A DNA stretch of 64,000 nt from Eledone cirrhosa (GCA_964016885.1 OZ024743.1:345712001-345776000); one strand, 5' to 3'. Positions 31,502-44,900 are shown, numbered from the stretch's first letter. Notes: a model not told the origin generated them from the letters alone. Translations and numbers: made by a program.

Positions 31502-31728
31502 GCTTATATATGTAATACCAATTATGATCATGAGCTGTTTAAACACATTAACATACAGAGCGGTTGCCAGCCCAGCAACAATTACAAATTTGAGCTCTGC
31601 AATAGCGATGCATATATGAATGTACATATTGTATATTTTAATGAGTCTTCAAATTTCAGCTCATATACATAATTGGTATTTTTATAATAATCCAACTTCT
31701 ACAGCCCACAGAAAAAACAGAGGGGTAT

Positions 31729-31771
31729 ATAACCTTGATAACCGCTAAACAGTGAGAAACGCATCAGTTAT
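31729..31771 (+). ncRNA. Type I hammerhead, U3-A8 variant (slightly decayed)
   Basis: ATAACC-TTGATAA-CCGCTAAACAGTGA-GAAA-CGCA-TC-AGTTAT. The downstream sequence is homologous to 53045-53170. Confidence 0.6.
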
Positions 31772-32291
31772 TCCAATTTGTTTTAGCTGAAGCTGGGTAC
31801 GTGACTATTGTCACTACCTTAAATTCATAGCTAAAAGCCTTCAACATGATTTAAAATAAACATACAGTATATTATTAAATATACAATACGTACACTCATA
31901 TATATATAGTAATGCTAATTACTAAGACCATTCATATTTGAACTAGACATTCTGTTTATTTAAGCATCATATGATAGGAAAAGCTTTCTACTTTACGCAA
32001 CTCACCCAGTAAGAGGATCCTGGACTGGAAATATCCATCTAAAGTTTATTGTTACAAAAAACAATATATATATCTCAATTGCCTGGTTACGTAAAATTCT
32101 GGTGGCATCATCATGTGCGGATTGCATAATTAGTTAATCAAATAAAGGAATTACGGCAAACACAAACAGAGAATATGTATATATATGTATATATATATAT
32201 ATATAGAGAGAGAGAGATAGTGAGTATATACCGGTTGGTATTGCATTTCGCTTTATTTTTGACCACTGCCGAAATTCGATATCGCTGAAAT

Positions 32292-32339
<48 letters not shown>

Positions 32340-33639
32340 TATTGTGTACATATATATATATCATATATATATATACATAAAATCATTTCATACACAGATG
32401 ACTGATGACTGTTGCAACTGCACAATTTTTTCACTCATTTCCTTCCCCGTTTTCCTTATTTGCTTTTTCTCAAGCATCTATATTTATTACGATCATTTTT
32501 AGGTCAGTAGGAGGCAGAATATATTCAGTAACCAATAATATGGCTTGCCATTTATGCTTATGTTCTTTTAGATTCTGAGTTCCATATCAACCGAGTTGAA
32601 ATCTGAAGCTTTGTACCTGTCTTAGAAAATGTGTGGTTCGTTAATATTTTAATGTTTCATACAAAATGCGGTGCGGTGTTTATTCTGATGCCGAGATCAA
32701 TTTGCTATTCAATCTTTCTTGGTCAACACAATATTGCACCATTCAAGTAACGGGTGGATTTAATCGGTTTAACTCATCCAGTTTCTAACCACGTGACTAA
32801 GTTAGAAATATTAATAATAATTAATAGTATTTCTTTGTGACTTAAATATATGTTGTTGCTCTACGGATATTGGATTGTTAAATATCGAGATACATACCTC
32901 AAATTTACGTATCTCGTTTCTTTCTAGTGGAACTTGCTGCTCCAAGCACATAAACTTTTGTAGAATTCGGAAATCCACCTCATTCTCAGTCAACCATTTA
33001 TACAGATTCCCACTGTACCCAAGGTTCCTATGACAAAGTACTGATAACACTTCTCGGCAATTCCAAATATTCTAAACCTCCTCCATTAGGCCCTAATTTG
33101 TTTGTATTTTTTTACGTACATTTACCAACCATACTAATAACTTGCCTTTCGTTATTTCTTTGTCAATAATATGTTGTAATAATTCAATACCTTTTTTATT
33201 TAATCGACTGCTCCCAATCACCAAATGTTTGGGCTTGTAACTATAAAACATAAAATGATTGTTATTATCATTGTTGATGTTATTTTGATTCAGGCTTGTC
33301 CTATGTGTAGAGGCCTATGATCAATGTCATTCAAGACATGACTACGTCGTATATATTTTAATTCTGTATTCCTCCAGTTCCGCATTTCTAATAATGGTGA
33401 TATGACTGCTGCCTTTATAAGTTCCAGAAAGAAGACAAAGGCTCTGTCGTTGCCTTGTATTATTACAGTTGTCGCTGTTGCTGGTGTTGGTGATGTTGTT
33501 GTCTTTGTTTTTGTTGTTGATGATCATGATGATCAGGTGATAATGATGAAGTTATTTCCTTTGTTACTGGTGTGCGTTTCATAATCTTTCGTCCTCCATG
33601 TCATTTGGTTACTCATCTCTTTCTCCTCATTATCAAGAT

Positions 33640-34220
33640 GATCATCATCACAGACACAACAACCACCGGCACATAAACGACCACTACTCAAACGACGACG
33701 TAAACGACGACAGCCATGATGGCAACGACGAAGACGTCGATGATGACGCTGAATACCACCAACGCCACCACCAACACCACCACCGCCACCACCACAACCA
33801 CCACCACCACCACCACCACCACCATCACCACCACCACCAACAACACTCCTACCACCAACACCACCACCACCACCGTCACAACCACCACCACCACCACCAC
33901 CACCACTAACACCACCACCACCAACACTCCTACCACCAACACCAGCACACCAACACCACTACTGCCACCACCGCCACCACAACCACCACCTCCACCACCA
34001 CCACTAACACCACCAACACTCCTACAACCAACACCAGCACACCAACACCACTACCGCCACCACCGCCACCACAACCACCACCACCATCACCACCACCACC
34101 ACACCACCTCCACCACCACCACCACCAAATCTACCAACACCACCACCTCTTTCAGCAACACGCCCCCTCTCATTCCTCCTTCACCCCCCCCCCTCATCAT
34201 CATCAACATCAACGTCATCA
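33640..34220. repeat. (CAC)n-rich trinucleotide low-complexity tract
   Basis: Runs of ACC/CAC with a repeated CCAACACTCCTACCACCAACACCA unit. Confidence 0.95.
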
Positions 34221-35369
34221 TTATCTTCATTATATTTGTTGAATTGTTTTGTTAAATTTCATAGCAAAATATAAAAAAAAACAACAACAAAAATCCTAGG
34301 TGATAATGAAAATAAACGGGTGTGGATAGATGTGGGATGAGAGATGGGAGACGGGAAATGGGAGATTTGAGATGAAGATAATTTTAAAAAGGGTTTAGTT
34401 AGACACACAAAAAATAGAAGCCACAAAAAACAAAAACAAAACATTACCCACACATCCTCGAACAGCCATATTAAGAGACACACACATAATACATATATAA
34501 AGGTACATATACACTCATATACATTCAGAGAAATACACAAACAAACTAAAATGTATAAAACAAAAATAATCAATGATAAAGAAAAAGAATTATAAAAAAA
34601 AATTGGGTTGAAAAAAAAGAAGAGGAATTATAGAATAATGGGGGCTGCAATTTGACAGAAATTGGGGACATTAATTCACAAGGGTTAAAGCCTAAAAGTC
34701 AACAATAACAAAACATACTGTCACACGCACGCGCACGCACATACATACAAACAGCCAGGCATACAAACGTACATACATACACATATATATCCATATATAC
34801 ACATATATATGTATTAAAGAATTGCCATCACAAATTATTACCAAGAACCATTTCACATTAACAAAGATTACTATTCTTAGTCGCATTTTCGTATTTTCTT
34901 TTTATTGTTTATAAATATTAATTTTCGCTTTCTCCTAAAATGAATATATAGATAAATGAAGTACAGACAAAATGGAAAAAAAAAAGGTAAACGTATTTCC
35001 TTCAACTTTATTTCGAAAGACGTATTCGTATATGTTGTGTCTATTATACTGCACCAGATAATAAAAAGGACCTACGTTGAATTCCACGATGACTGTTCCA
35101 GATGTTCAGTCAATTGAACCGCCTGCTCCACAAATTTACGTGTAAGCGAGTGGACCTTCCATAGACATGTAAAGCTTTCAATCAATTCTCAGGGAGATTC
35201 AGCACAACATAGTCTGTGACAAAGATGGCCCATTGAAATAAAAGTACAATGCAACCGACGGGCTTCCAAACAGTTTCCACCTTTCCAGTTAGTTTCACTC
35301 ATAATTTCTGATTGATGCCACACGAGACATGCCCAAGATATAATGCAGGGAAATCGAACCCGGATCCTA

Positions 35370-35605
35370 ATTCTTCTTCTTCTTCTTCTTCTTCTTCTTC
35401 TTCTTCTTCTTCTTCTTCTTCTTCTTCTTCTTCTTCTTGTCGTGGTGGCAGAGTCCTCAAACACTCTTTCCAGCGGCTCCTGTTAGAAGCAAACGTGTCC
35501 CACTGAGCCAGCTGGATACCCAACTCAGACCAGCCAAGCTCATGCATGATATCCTCCAACCATATTGCACGGGTTAAAATCTGTTCAGCAATTCTTTCCT
35601 GAGAC
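35370..35605 (-). mobile_element. 3' end of an RTE-like LINE with a (GAA)n tail
   Basis: TRAIWLEDIMHELGWSELGIQ..ASNRSRWKECLRTLPPR, then the GAA repeat. Confidence 0.6.
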
Positions 35606-36625
35606 ATTTTACCCCCATAGTATTGGAATTGTGATCTCTCAATTCGAAGAAGTCGCGGCTCTATCTGGAGTGATTATCTGATTACCTAGCTACATACTCC
35701 ATTAGTGCATTTTGAGCCTAGCCATGAGCAAGGAAGGGCATATAAGATAATGTAATCTGAGAAACACTATGTCACATTAAGAAGTAAGGTGGTTTCAGCT
35801 GGAATAAATTATTCCATATGCTCAACATTGTTCTACGTAAAATTACATATTGTTGTTCAGGATTAGCTCAGCCCTGATTCAGAATATTTATCCATAAAAA
35901 TGTTCCAAATGTGACCATCCCATTCTATATTCTGACATAATGTCTCTAGGACTATTGTTTCTGGTCCTTGTTTAGCCCCAGACTTGCCCTGATGGAACAA
36001 ATCTACCGTTAGAATTATTTCGTATATTTCTGTTCTAACCACTGTCATCGGTCTATCTCGAAAGAGTATGGAGTTCGAACCACTAATAAGACACTCGTTT
36101 CGTCGGGGTACAAGACTCGGCTGGCGATCCAGGGTAGGTCGGACAACAGCACGCTCCTTTCAATCGGTCTCGCGTGTTCAAAATGTGTGCAGACAATACG
36201 TTTGGCAACAAACAGAAAATACATGTTGCAAGAATAGTAGTCAAACGTCAGAATGCATTGATGTGCTTGAGCAGAGTTTTACTGCTATGTCTAGCAAATG
36301 GAGCCACAGCATAAAGACTTCTCCATTGGTTCGTTTAGAATTTCGTTAAATATAGATGAGTGAAGATAATTCTCACATTCCTGCTTTGGTAACTGACACT
36401 AACAAGATCGATATAGCCCTAAAATTGGGATTTTTGTAGTGAATGCAATCTGGTAGGTATTGATCAGCTCTGATTGAATAAACAAGTGATCAAAGGTAAT
36501 TCAGTCATGACCTAGTTGGGCTGAAATCTATCCAAGGCATTTGAACCACAACTATCTCTTTTGTATTAGAGTATCTACGTTAAAAATGTTTCTTTTTAAA
36601 TATATTAACATGCTAACTAGTTTAA

Positions 36626-36845
36626 CCCTTTAGGTTTTAAACCGGTTGTATCCGGTCAGAATTCTCTCACCTGTTTCTATTCAAACTGGCTGTAACTGGT
36701 TGCTCATACTAATGTTAAGGGATTGTTCACAACATAAATAATATCAAAATCTCTTAATTTCGATATGATGTGAGATATTATGTGAGGTAAATCCTTTACC
36801 ACAAAAATACAATACTATATATAGAGTAATGTAAATGCTAAAGGG
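36626..36845. mobile_element. piggyBac-type MITE
   Basis: TTAA|CCCTTTAGGTTTTA ... TAAATGCTAAAGGG|TTAA. Confidence 0.7.
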
Positions 36846-37083
36846 TTAAGCCTGATAAAGTCATCGTAGAGGCACCCATGTTAGTAAAATGATGATGCGG
36901 TGGCTGAGGTGAGTTGTGAAGGTAGGGTTCAGGATTCTGCTGGTGTTGAAGAAGGAGATGGTAATGGTGATTATGGTTTCGATTATGATGATCGAAATGA
37001 TGGTGTTGCAGTTATATATGGTTGTTGCTTTATTCACATTGTTCCAATGCATGTATGTATACGAGGGCGGGGCTGTATGTGTC

Positions 37084-37150
<67 letters not shown>

Positions 37151-37429
37151 GAGAGGGTGAGGGAGGGTGAGAAAGAGATAGATAGATAGAGAGAGAGAGA
37201 GAAAGGAAGAGGGGCTTATAGTGATAGATAGAGAGATAGATGAATAGAGAGAAAGATATATATATATATATATAACGAAGGAAATGTGGTTCGGAACCAG
37301 GTGGACCAAAACGCACCAAAGTACTCAATACTTAGGGTAGTAGAGTGGGTAATAGGAACGAGTAGGACCCCGACGGCTGAGCTCAAGCCGTTTCGACGTC
37401 CAGAATTAGCCGTCGGGGTCCTACTCGTT

Positions 37430-37465
<36 letters not shown>

Positions 37466-37512
37466 AACCAGTAAGACCCCGACAGCTGAGCTCAAGCCGT
37501 TTCGACGGCTAA

Positions 37513-37654
<142 letters not shown>

Positions 37655-37672
37655 TATACATAAATATATATA

Positions 37673-37732
<60 letters not shown>

Positions 37733-37814
37733 GTATATATACTTATATATATATATATAAATATATATATAAATATACATATATATATGTATATATACAT
37801 ATATATATATATAA

Positions 37815-37867
<53 letters not shown>

Positions 37868-37875
37868 AATATATG

Positions 37876-38023
<148 letters not shown>

Positions 38024-39436
38024 GAAAGCCAGAGAGTCAGACAAACAGACAGAGAAGGTGGAACCGTATCCATTAAATGATAGGATCGGAAATGTCAAAA
38101 ACATAAGATGGAATGGACTGTCAAAACAAGGAAGTGAAGACGTATATTAGTGAAGGTGGTGGTGGTGGCGGTAGCAGTGACGGCGGTAAGAGTGAAGGTG
38201 GTGATGGTGGGGATAGTGGTGATGGTGGGGATAGTGGTGGTGTGTGTGTGTGTGGGGGGGGGGGGCACCAGTGGTAGTGGTGGCGGTGGTGGTGGTAGTG
38301 GAGCTGGTGAGGATAGCGGTATTTGTGCGCGGCGGCGGCGATGGCTCTTCTCTTGATGGTCGGGGTGGTGGCGGTGGTGGTGGTATTGTTGGGATCATTT
38401 CAATGGTACTTTGCTGGTGGTGTTGGTGGCACTAAATCTGGTTTTGTTTGTTATAGAGGAGAGGGTTTTCATAATGATGAAGGCGATTGTGTCGGTGTTA
38501 ATGGTGGCGATGGCCTTGGCTGAGGTAACTTTAGCAGTGGTTAATGTTAAACTTATGGAGATGGGAGTGGTGTTAGTTATAGTATTGATCGAAGTGATTG
38601 TGTTTTCGTTTTTTTTTTGTGGTAGTGCTGGTGGTGTTTCAGCTGTTCTTATTCTTCTTCGGCTTCGTGGTAGCGGGGGGAGGAGCTGGTCATGGAATAA
38701 TAATGTTGGTCATACCTATACAATATAATATAACACACAACATACATACACACACACACACACACAGACACATATACACATACATACATGGTGGCTGCCA
38801 ACTCGTTTTCGAGTACGGCCACTACTTTATATCCATGTAGGAGAACCCCTACCAATGCGCTGAACGAGTGTGACATTTTAGTCCAGCCAGCGACTTGAAA
38901 ACTCTGGTACAAACACTACACTTGTGACAATTACTGACACATAGTGCTGGGCCCATGGTACCATGTGACGACAAGTGCAGAGAGATCTCCAGATATAAAG
39001 CAATGCCTGTGCCGTGAAGCTTTTATAGTGAGCAAAGGCACTGCACAAAGCCAGTCCCACTCTCTTAACCAAGATGATATTTACCAAAAAGAAGAACAAG
39101 TCAACATCATTGGATACCATCAGGGTTGCAGGTGTTACATACATACATATATACATACATACATACATATATATCTATCTCTCTCTCTCTATATATATAT
39201 ATGAAAAAATGGGGAGAAGAATACTGCAGGTTGCACATGGATAACATGTTATAAAATGAGTCCCTCATCAGTGATTTGCCAACGATCATAGATATTTCAT
39301 TGCATTAAAAATCATACACCTCACGTTGGTGCAATAATAACTAAATTAAGTTATTAGGACAATTAAAACGCATAAGGCGAGTGAGACAAGTAAACAACAA
39401 AGAGGAAATATCTATCTATATATATGTATGTATATG

Positions 39437-39467
<31 letters not shown>

Positions 39468-39769
39468 ATTGGGGTCCTGACTCTTCCTATTACACACGCA
39501 ACCCTAAGTATTGAGTTCTCTGGTGCGTTATGGTCCACCTGGTATCTTACCACACACTCTTTGTTTTATATATATATATATATATTACATTTTCGTGCCG
39601 CTGAGCGATTTCAGACGTCTCTCTTGAGCTCATCTGTCTTCGTAAAATCTTTGGTAAAGGGAATAATTTTCGTATGTTGTCTATTACATAATTAAATAGC
39701 TCTCTAGCATACATAGAGCACTCTCCTTTCCTTTACCCTTCCTACGGAAATACTTCATATATATATGTA

Positions 39770-39845
<76 letters not shown>

Positions 39846-39919
39846 ATTACGAGCCGAAGATCCGCTAATGTGAGACAATTTTTCTCGGTATGGTGAACTA
39901 ACTGCTATGTAACCACTTC

Positions 39920-39954
<35 letters not shown>

Positions 39955-41078
39955 TTACATCTAAGTGTATCGAACTGGACAATATGAGTTTGTGCCAGTA
40001 CGTCGAACTTCCCACTCCCTCGATTATTTCATAGGACTTGCATTTCCGAGGTGGCAGTTCGTGATTCAGAGCTCCCACATTTAGTTATTAGTGATAAGCA
40101 CGGAATTATGTGCAGGTATTAAACAATTCAGCCAAGACCAAACGAAATCGTTGGTTTCTTCTCCGTATTCTGCGCTTTGTGGTGCAATAGTTGCACGCCG
40201 TACACAGAAGCCATGCATTAAATCCAGAATCATCGGGAAGAAACGGACGTGACCAGGACCAACACAGAGATTCATCAACGGGAGCGATCCTGTCTGTTCT
40301 ATCACTAAGGTCTACTAGTGATTTAGTAGCATTTCCTGCATGACACTGACATCATGTGGCCTCAAAAGGGGAGATAGACATAGTTCTAAGATATAGAACC
40401 AATCATATATTTAGGCGGTTAAATTTCCAATAGGGATTTCAGTTAATTACTGGTGTTTTTTACCAATATGAACACTCGAGGCAAAGGCAGCGTGTATATA
40501 ATAAAAAAAATCAAAAAAAATCGAGGCAACTTCGTTTACATGTTTTTATGCTTTTATTGATTATCGACTTTTATGCATGTCTCAAATACGATTGGGTGAA
40601 GGTCACCTATGGAGTCTATGGATCTAATCAAGCATCGAATAGGCCATCGGACTGGTGATTCAACAAATAAAGAACGTAGTGTTTATGGTGATCGCTAAAA
40701 TGTTGGGTATATTTAAACATCTGCCGTATTTTTTGCATACGTGTGTGTGTATGTAATATATATTCACACACACAAGTGGTATACGCCCGCAACCAGTTAT
40801 ATACGCAAACAACTACGTAGAAAATTGGGCCAATGTTTATATATAACCAACATTTTAGCGATCACCAGAAACACTTCATTTTATATATATATATATATGT
40901 ATATAAATGGAAGTATCACCTCCACCTTCGTCTCTACTTTTCAGAAATCACACACAGACGGAAGACGCTCCGCCACTCTCTCTCTCACACAAATGCATAC
41001 AAATATAAAACAGTAATTTCTTATGAGTGTGTATGTATGTATTAGAAAAACGTGCACACATATATATATGTATATCAG

Positions 41079-41114
<36 letters not shown>

Positions 41115-41118
<4 letters not shown>

Positions 41119-41172
41119 TATGATCATTTCAATGACCGGGTTCAGTATGAATCCGGTGATGTCATCAGGTAT
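41115..41172 (-). ncRNA. Type I hammerhead ribozyme
   Basis: Minus strand ATAC-CTGATGA-CATCACCGGATTCATACTGAACCCGGTCATT-GAAA-TGATCA-TA-GTAT; palindromic stem III ATGATCAT. A decayed relative lies at ~9267-9324. Confidence 0.75.
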
Positions 41173-41469
41173 TCAAAATATAACAAAGGAATATAACAGA
41201 TAAAATCCATGGGGCTGAAAATCAGAGACAAGAGTACCCCCCGACTATTTACCAGCTTCTACCTCAGTCGCCCAGTCATTGAAATGATCATAGTATACTC
41301 TTTCCAGGATTTACACCAGTCCAGCCTCCTGTTATTTTATAATAATTAACTCCGTACTCGCACCACCAACTACACAAACGAAGACGGGTGAGTTGCATTA
41401 CTTTGAGTGCTCTCCATAATATTACATCGGAATGACCAGTTCTATCCAGTGGTGAACCAACAAACCTAA

Positions 41470-41530
<61 letters not shown>

Positions 41531-41704
41531 GAGACACATATATATATATATGTATATATATATATAGTAATGACAAATGTAAAGACTAAAATCCGAAGAG
41601 GGATCGATAACGATTATATATATATATATATAAAGAAAAAGGGATGAAATCGAAAATGCAACTGAAGTCTTATTTTTTTTTTAAATATATATATTTATTT
41701 GGTT

Positions 41705-41742
41705 CCTTTACCGGTTTCGCAGTTCTTCTGCTTTTCAAAAGG
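41705..41742 (-). ncRNA. Mirror copy of the 41813 hammerhead in a perfect palindrome
   Basis: Exact reverse complement of 41813-41850. Confidence 0.75.
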
Positions 41743-41812
41743 TGAGTTGAGATGGAGGGTCTGTGGTTTTTCTCACATGTGAGAAAAACCACAGACCCTC
41801 CATCTCAACTCA

Positions 41813-41850
41813 CCTTTTGAAAAGCAGAAGAACTGCGAAACCGGTAAAGG
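41813..41850 (+). ncRNA. Minimal type I hammerhead, U3-A8 variant
   Basis: CCTT-TTGAAAA-GCAG-AAGAA-CTGC-GAAA-CCGG-TA-AAGG. Confidence 0.75.
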
Positions 41851-42014
41851 AACCAAATAAATATATATATTTAAAAAAAAAATAAGACTTCAGTTGCATT
41901 TTCGATTTCATCCCTTTTTCTTTATACTTCCACTCGTGTAGGACACCTCGGTTATTTTTCATTTTCTAAAAAAAACCTCACTTTCTAATATATATATATA
42001 TATATACATGTCTA

Positions 42015-42280
42015 AAGTCTGCCTTAAGCTAGAAGGCTCATTTGTCAGGTGCTTATCCCGGTTTCATGGAGTGAAGCGACTGAGAATACAAGAACGCCCA
42101 TTGACAGAACGCCAGTCCATTGCAGGGTTAAACCTCCAGCTATTGCTGATACTCATTTTCAGCTGAGTATACTGTAGCAACCTGAAATGATGTGTTTTCC
42201 TCAAGAACACAACACGGGAATCGAGCCCACGTCCTTATGATCGTAAGTCCAACACACTTACCACTAGGCCATGTGCCTCC
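42015..42280 (-). mobile_element. Second tRNA-derived SINE family (V/CORE-like body); decayed copies at ~45818-46060 (+), ~2370-2502 (-), ~61685-61815 (-)
   Basis: Minus strand GGAGGCACATGGCCTAGTGGTAAG (A box)..GGCTCGATTCCCG (B box)..GTTGTGTTCTTGAGGAAAACAC..CTCAGCTGAAAATGAGTA..GAAACCGGGATAAGC. Confidence 0.8.
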
Positions 42281-42423
42281 ACTATATATATATATTCATT
42301 AGTTAAGCAAAACAAGACCACAAATTTCACAAGGAAGACATTACTAAAAGATTGTCAACATATTTTAGTTTGATGTAAGGAATGTAGAGAATAATAATAA
42401 TAATATTAATAATAATAATGTCC

Positions 42424-42542
42424 GTTTACAATTGTTTCGCTACTCCATATAATATTTTCGGATCAAATGTGTATAGGTCATTATTGATCTGGTTCAGTTC
42501 AAAATAATTAACTTAGGTAAAATTAGAGCAGCTCATCGGAAG
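42424..42542 (-). ncRNA. Hammerhead with long stem II (core CCGATGA, one substitution)
   Basis: Minus strand CCGATGA-GCTGCTCTA...TGGAGTAGC-GAAA-CAATTG-TA-AAC. Confidence 0.62.
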
Positions 42543-42756
42543 TACAAATGGAATAATCAATTAAAATAAGGAAAGAATGTTACATGTTACATTGTTACCC
42601 ATAGGCAGATATCACAGAATGCAGCCTCGACAGAAGAATACTGCTCGACTATGGCAGACAATAGATATACCCAGGACACCATAGTGAAATACCAATATAT
42701 GGAACATTACATTCATGTAACATTCTTTCCTTGTTTTAATTTATATTTCTTTTGAA

Positions 42757-42875
42757 GTTCTGATGAGCTTCTCTAATTTTACCTAAGTTAATTATTTTCA
42801 ACTGAACCAGATCAATAATGATCTATAATCATTTGATCCAGAAATATTATATGGAGTAGGGAAACAATTTGAAAC
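42757..42875 (+). ncRNA. Hammerhead with long stem II (core intact, stem III/cleavage site mutated)
   Basis: GTT-CTGATGA-GCTTCTCTA...TGGAGTAGG-GAAA-CAATTTG-A-AAC; inverted partner of 42424-42542. Confidence 0.6.
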
Positions 42876-43175
42876 GGACATTATTATTATTAATATTATT
42901 ATTATTATTCTCTACATTCCTTACATCAAACTAAAACATGTTGACAAACTTTTAATAATGTCTTCCTTGTGAAATTTGTGGTCTTGTTTCTCTTAACCAA
43001 TGAATATTTCCAGCTCTGTGCACCTAACCTCTGCATGAACCCAGCCACCTAGCTGCATTCCACTGCATATTGCACATTGAGCACATGCCTTTACGCTTTG
43101 GCTTCTAACTAATTCACCAATCTCTCTTCTCCTCTCCTATCTCCATCTCTCTCTTTAAGATTGGTTACTCTTGAA

Positions 43176-43243
<68 letters not shown>

Positions 43244-43261
43244 TATTCAGTGGTAGATTTT

Positions 43262-43304
<43 letters not shown>

Positions 43305-43324
43305 ATATATGTATATATATATAG

Positions 43325-43596
43325 AATATATTAATAAATGGAAACTATATTTATAAAACCATATTTATTTATTATATATATTTCAAGGGCAACCAAGGCA
43401 AATTATGGTGCGCTTTCATCAGATAAAATACAGATTTGTTTTATAAATAAATATTGACATACCCGGAAAAAAGTCAACCTTAACGGTTGGAGCTCCCAGG
43501 GAGCTCCAACCGTTAAGGTTGACTTGGTTGCCCTTGAAATATATATGATAAAATAAATATGGTTTTATAAATATAGTTTCCATTTATTAATATATT
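43325..43596. repeat. (TA)n-flanked fold-back element (family also at 47717-48018, 50360-50517, 59040-59200)
   Basis: Terminal AAATGGAAACTATATTTATAAAACCATATTTATT and its reverse complement; internal palindrome AAGTCAACCTTAACGGTTGGAGCTCCC-A-GGGAGCTCC... Confidence 0.88.
43367..43429 (-). ncRNA. Type I hammerhead ribozyme
   Basis: Minus strand ATTTTAT-CTGATGA-AAGCGCACCA..TGGTTGCCCTT-GAAA-TATATA-TA-ATAAAT. Confidence 0.75.
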
Positions 43597-43693
43597 GTCT
43601 ATTTACTCCACTAACCAATTGAGTGCTTTATATCAGTTACAAAACATTTTTAAGCTTGTTAAATCTTCACAAATTAAATATAACCTCTGCATA

Positions 43694-43769
<76 letters not shown>

Positions 43770-43776
<7 letters not shown>

Positions 43777-44326
43777 ATTATACTTTGGGAGGGTCATGTT
43801 GCCAATAAGAAACACACGCACCAGTGCTTTCACCCCAATTTATTATAAATTAAATTATAAATTAAAACATTTATAAATTTCCGGTTGGTTGGTTGGTTCC
43901 ACAACCGGACGGTTGTTAATATATTGTCAAAGTTCTTTCGTCACACATTTTGTGACCTCTTCAGTCACTGAGGATTCTTTTCTTCGTTTTGTGCGCCTTC
44001 TTTGTTCTTTTCTACGCCATCTTGTTTTTCAGTGTCTTGTGTACTTAGTTTGCGCATACGTTACATCCGGGTGTCTGTGTATGTTTTTGTTTATTTATTT
44101 GTTTGTTTACATGTTACTGGTTGGTTGTTTGTTCTATGTGTGTGTGTTTTCATTTTGTCATTAATTTATAACCTGAAATTTATACATTTTAAATTTATAA
44201 TATATTGGATTGAAAGCGACTGGTGCGTGTGTTTCTTATTGGCAACATGAGCCTCCCAAAGTATAACAATAACGGTTTCAACACACGTTTTCAGATAAAG
44301 AATCTTGCTAAAGAAATTCAGAAACG

Positions 44327-44330
<4 letters not shown>
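43770..44330. mobile_element. (TA)n-flanked element with inverted termini (family also at 49838-50287 and 30130-30240)
   Basis: TTATACTTTGGGAGGGTCATGTTGCCAATAAGAAACACACGCACCAGT ... ACTGGTGCGTGTGTTTCTTATTGGCAACATGAGCCTCCCAAAGTATAA. Confidence 0.8.
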
Positions 44331-44383
<53 letters not shown>

Positions 44384-44384
44384 G

Positions 44385-44900
44385 ATAAATCTACCAAAAG
44401 TTTACGGTAGTGTCCAATCCGTATGAAGAACTCAATGTAATCCGGATATCATGAAAAGAGAAGATGCATTCAAAAACTAATTTCGGTGAAAAATAAACGG
44501 AAAACAGAGTCAAGATAAATTAATAAAATAATGAATAAACAAAGAAACAGTTCCTTGTATTAAAAAAATTCATCATTTTACGATCGTTTCTAGGATATAT
44601 ATGTGTTAGAGTTGGTATGCATATTCTATAGATCTATGTAAAAATTTTACAAACTATCAGAGGGAATATACATACCTACACATATATATGCTGTCTTCAG
44701 AAATAATTATTTCTGAAGACAGCATATATATGTGTAGGTATGTATATTCCCTCTGATAGTTTGTATAAATATTGTACATAGATCTATAGAATATGCATAC
44801 CAACTCTAACACATATATATCCTAGAAACGATCGTAAAATGATGAATTCTTTTAATATAAGGAACTGTTTCTTTGTTTATTCTTTATTTTATTAATTTAT
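44385..44900. mobile_element. Solo fold-back copy of the Penelope pLTR from 22008-22328, between (TA)n tracts
   Basis: 44387-44706 is the reverse complement of 22008-22328 with few differences; 44707-44900 is a forward partial copy. Confidence 0.9.
44570..44845. ncRNA. Two divergent copies of the long-stem-II hammerhead (44570-44706 minus, 44707-44845 plus)
   Basis: Both are near-identical to 22006-22147. The fold-back centre AAATAA/TTATTT at 44706/44707 lies immediately 5' of each CTGAAGA core. Confidence 0.75.

Larger units (their letters stand above)
41629..41926. repeat. Perfect ~298-bp palindrome with no spacer
   Basis: Centre ACA|TGT at 41777/41778; the arms match by eye, including the T10/A10 runs. 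Confidence 0.93.
42294..43005. repeat. Long imperfect inverted repeat (~290-bp arms, ~125-bp spacer)
   Basis: ATTCATTAGTTAAG..AACAAGACCACAAATTTCACAAGGAAGACATTA..GAATGTTACATG is mirrored by CATGTAACATTC..TAATGTCTTCCTTGTGAAATTTGTGGTCTTGTT..TGAAT. Confidence 0.92.

Noticed and set aside
39200-39285. Minus-strand CACTGATGA-(G/A)GGACTCA here and at ~48070-48135
   Set aside because: No GAAA/stem III before the TA tract; at most a truncated half motif.
40081-40370. Moderately GC-rich non-repetitive segment considered as a host exon
   Set aside because: No recognisable protein motif or supportable splice pattern.
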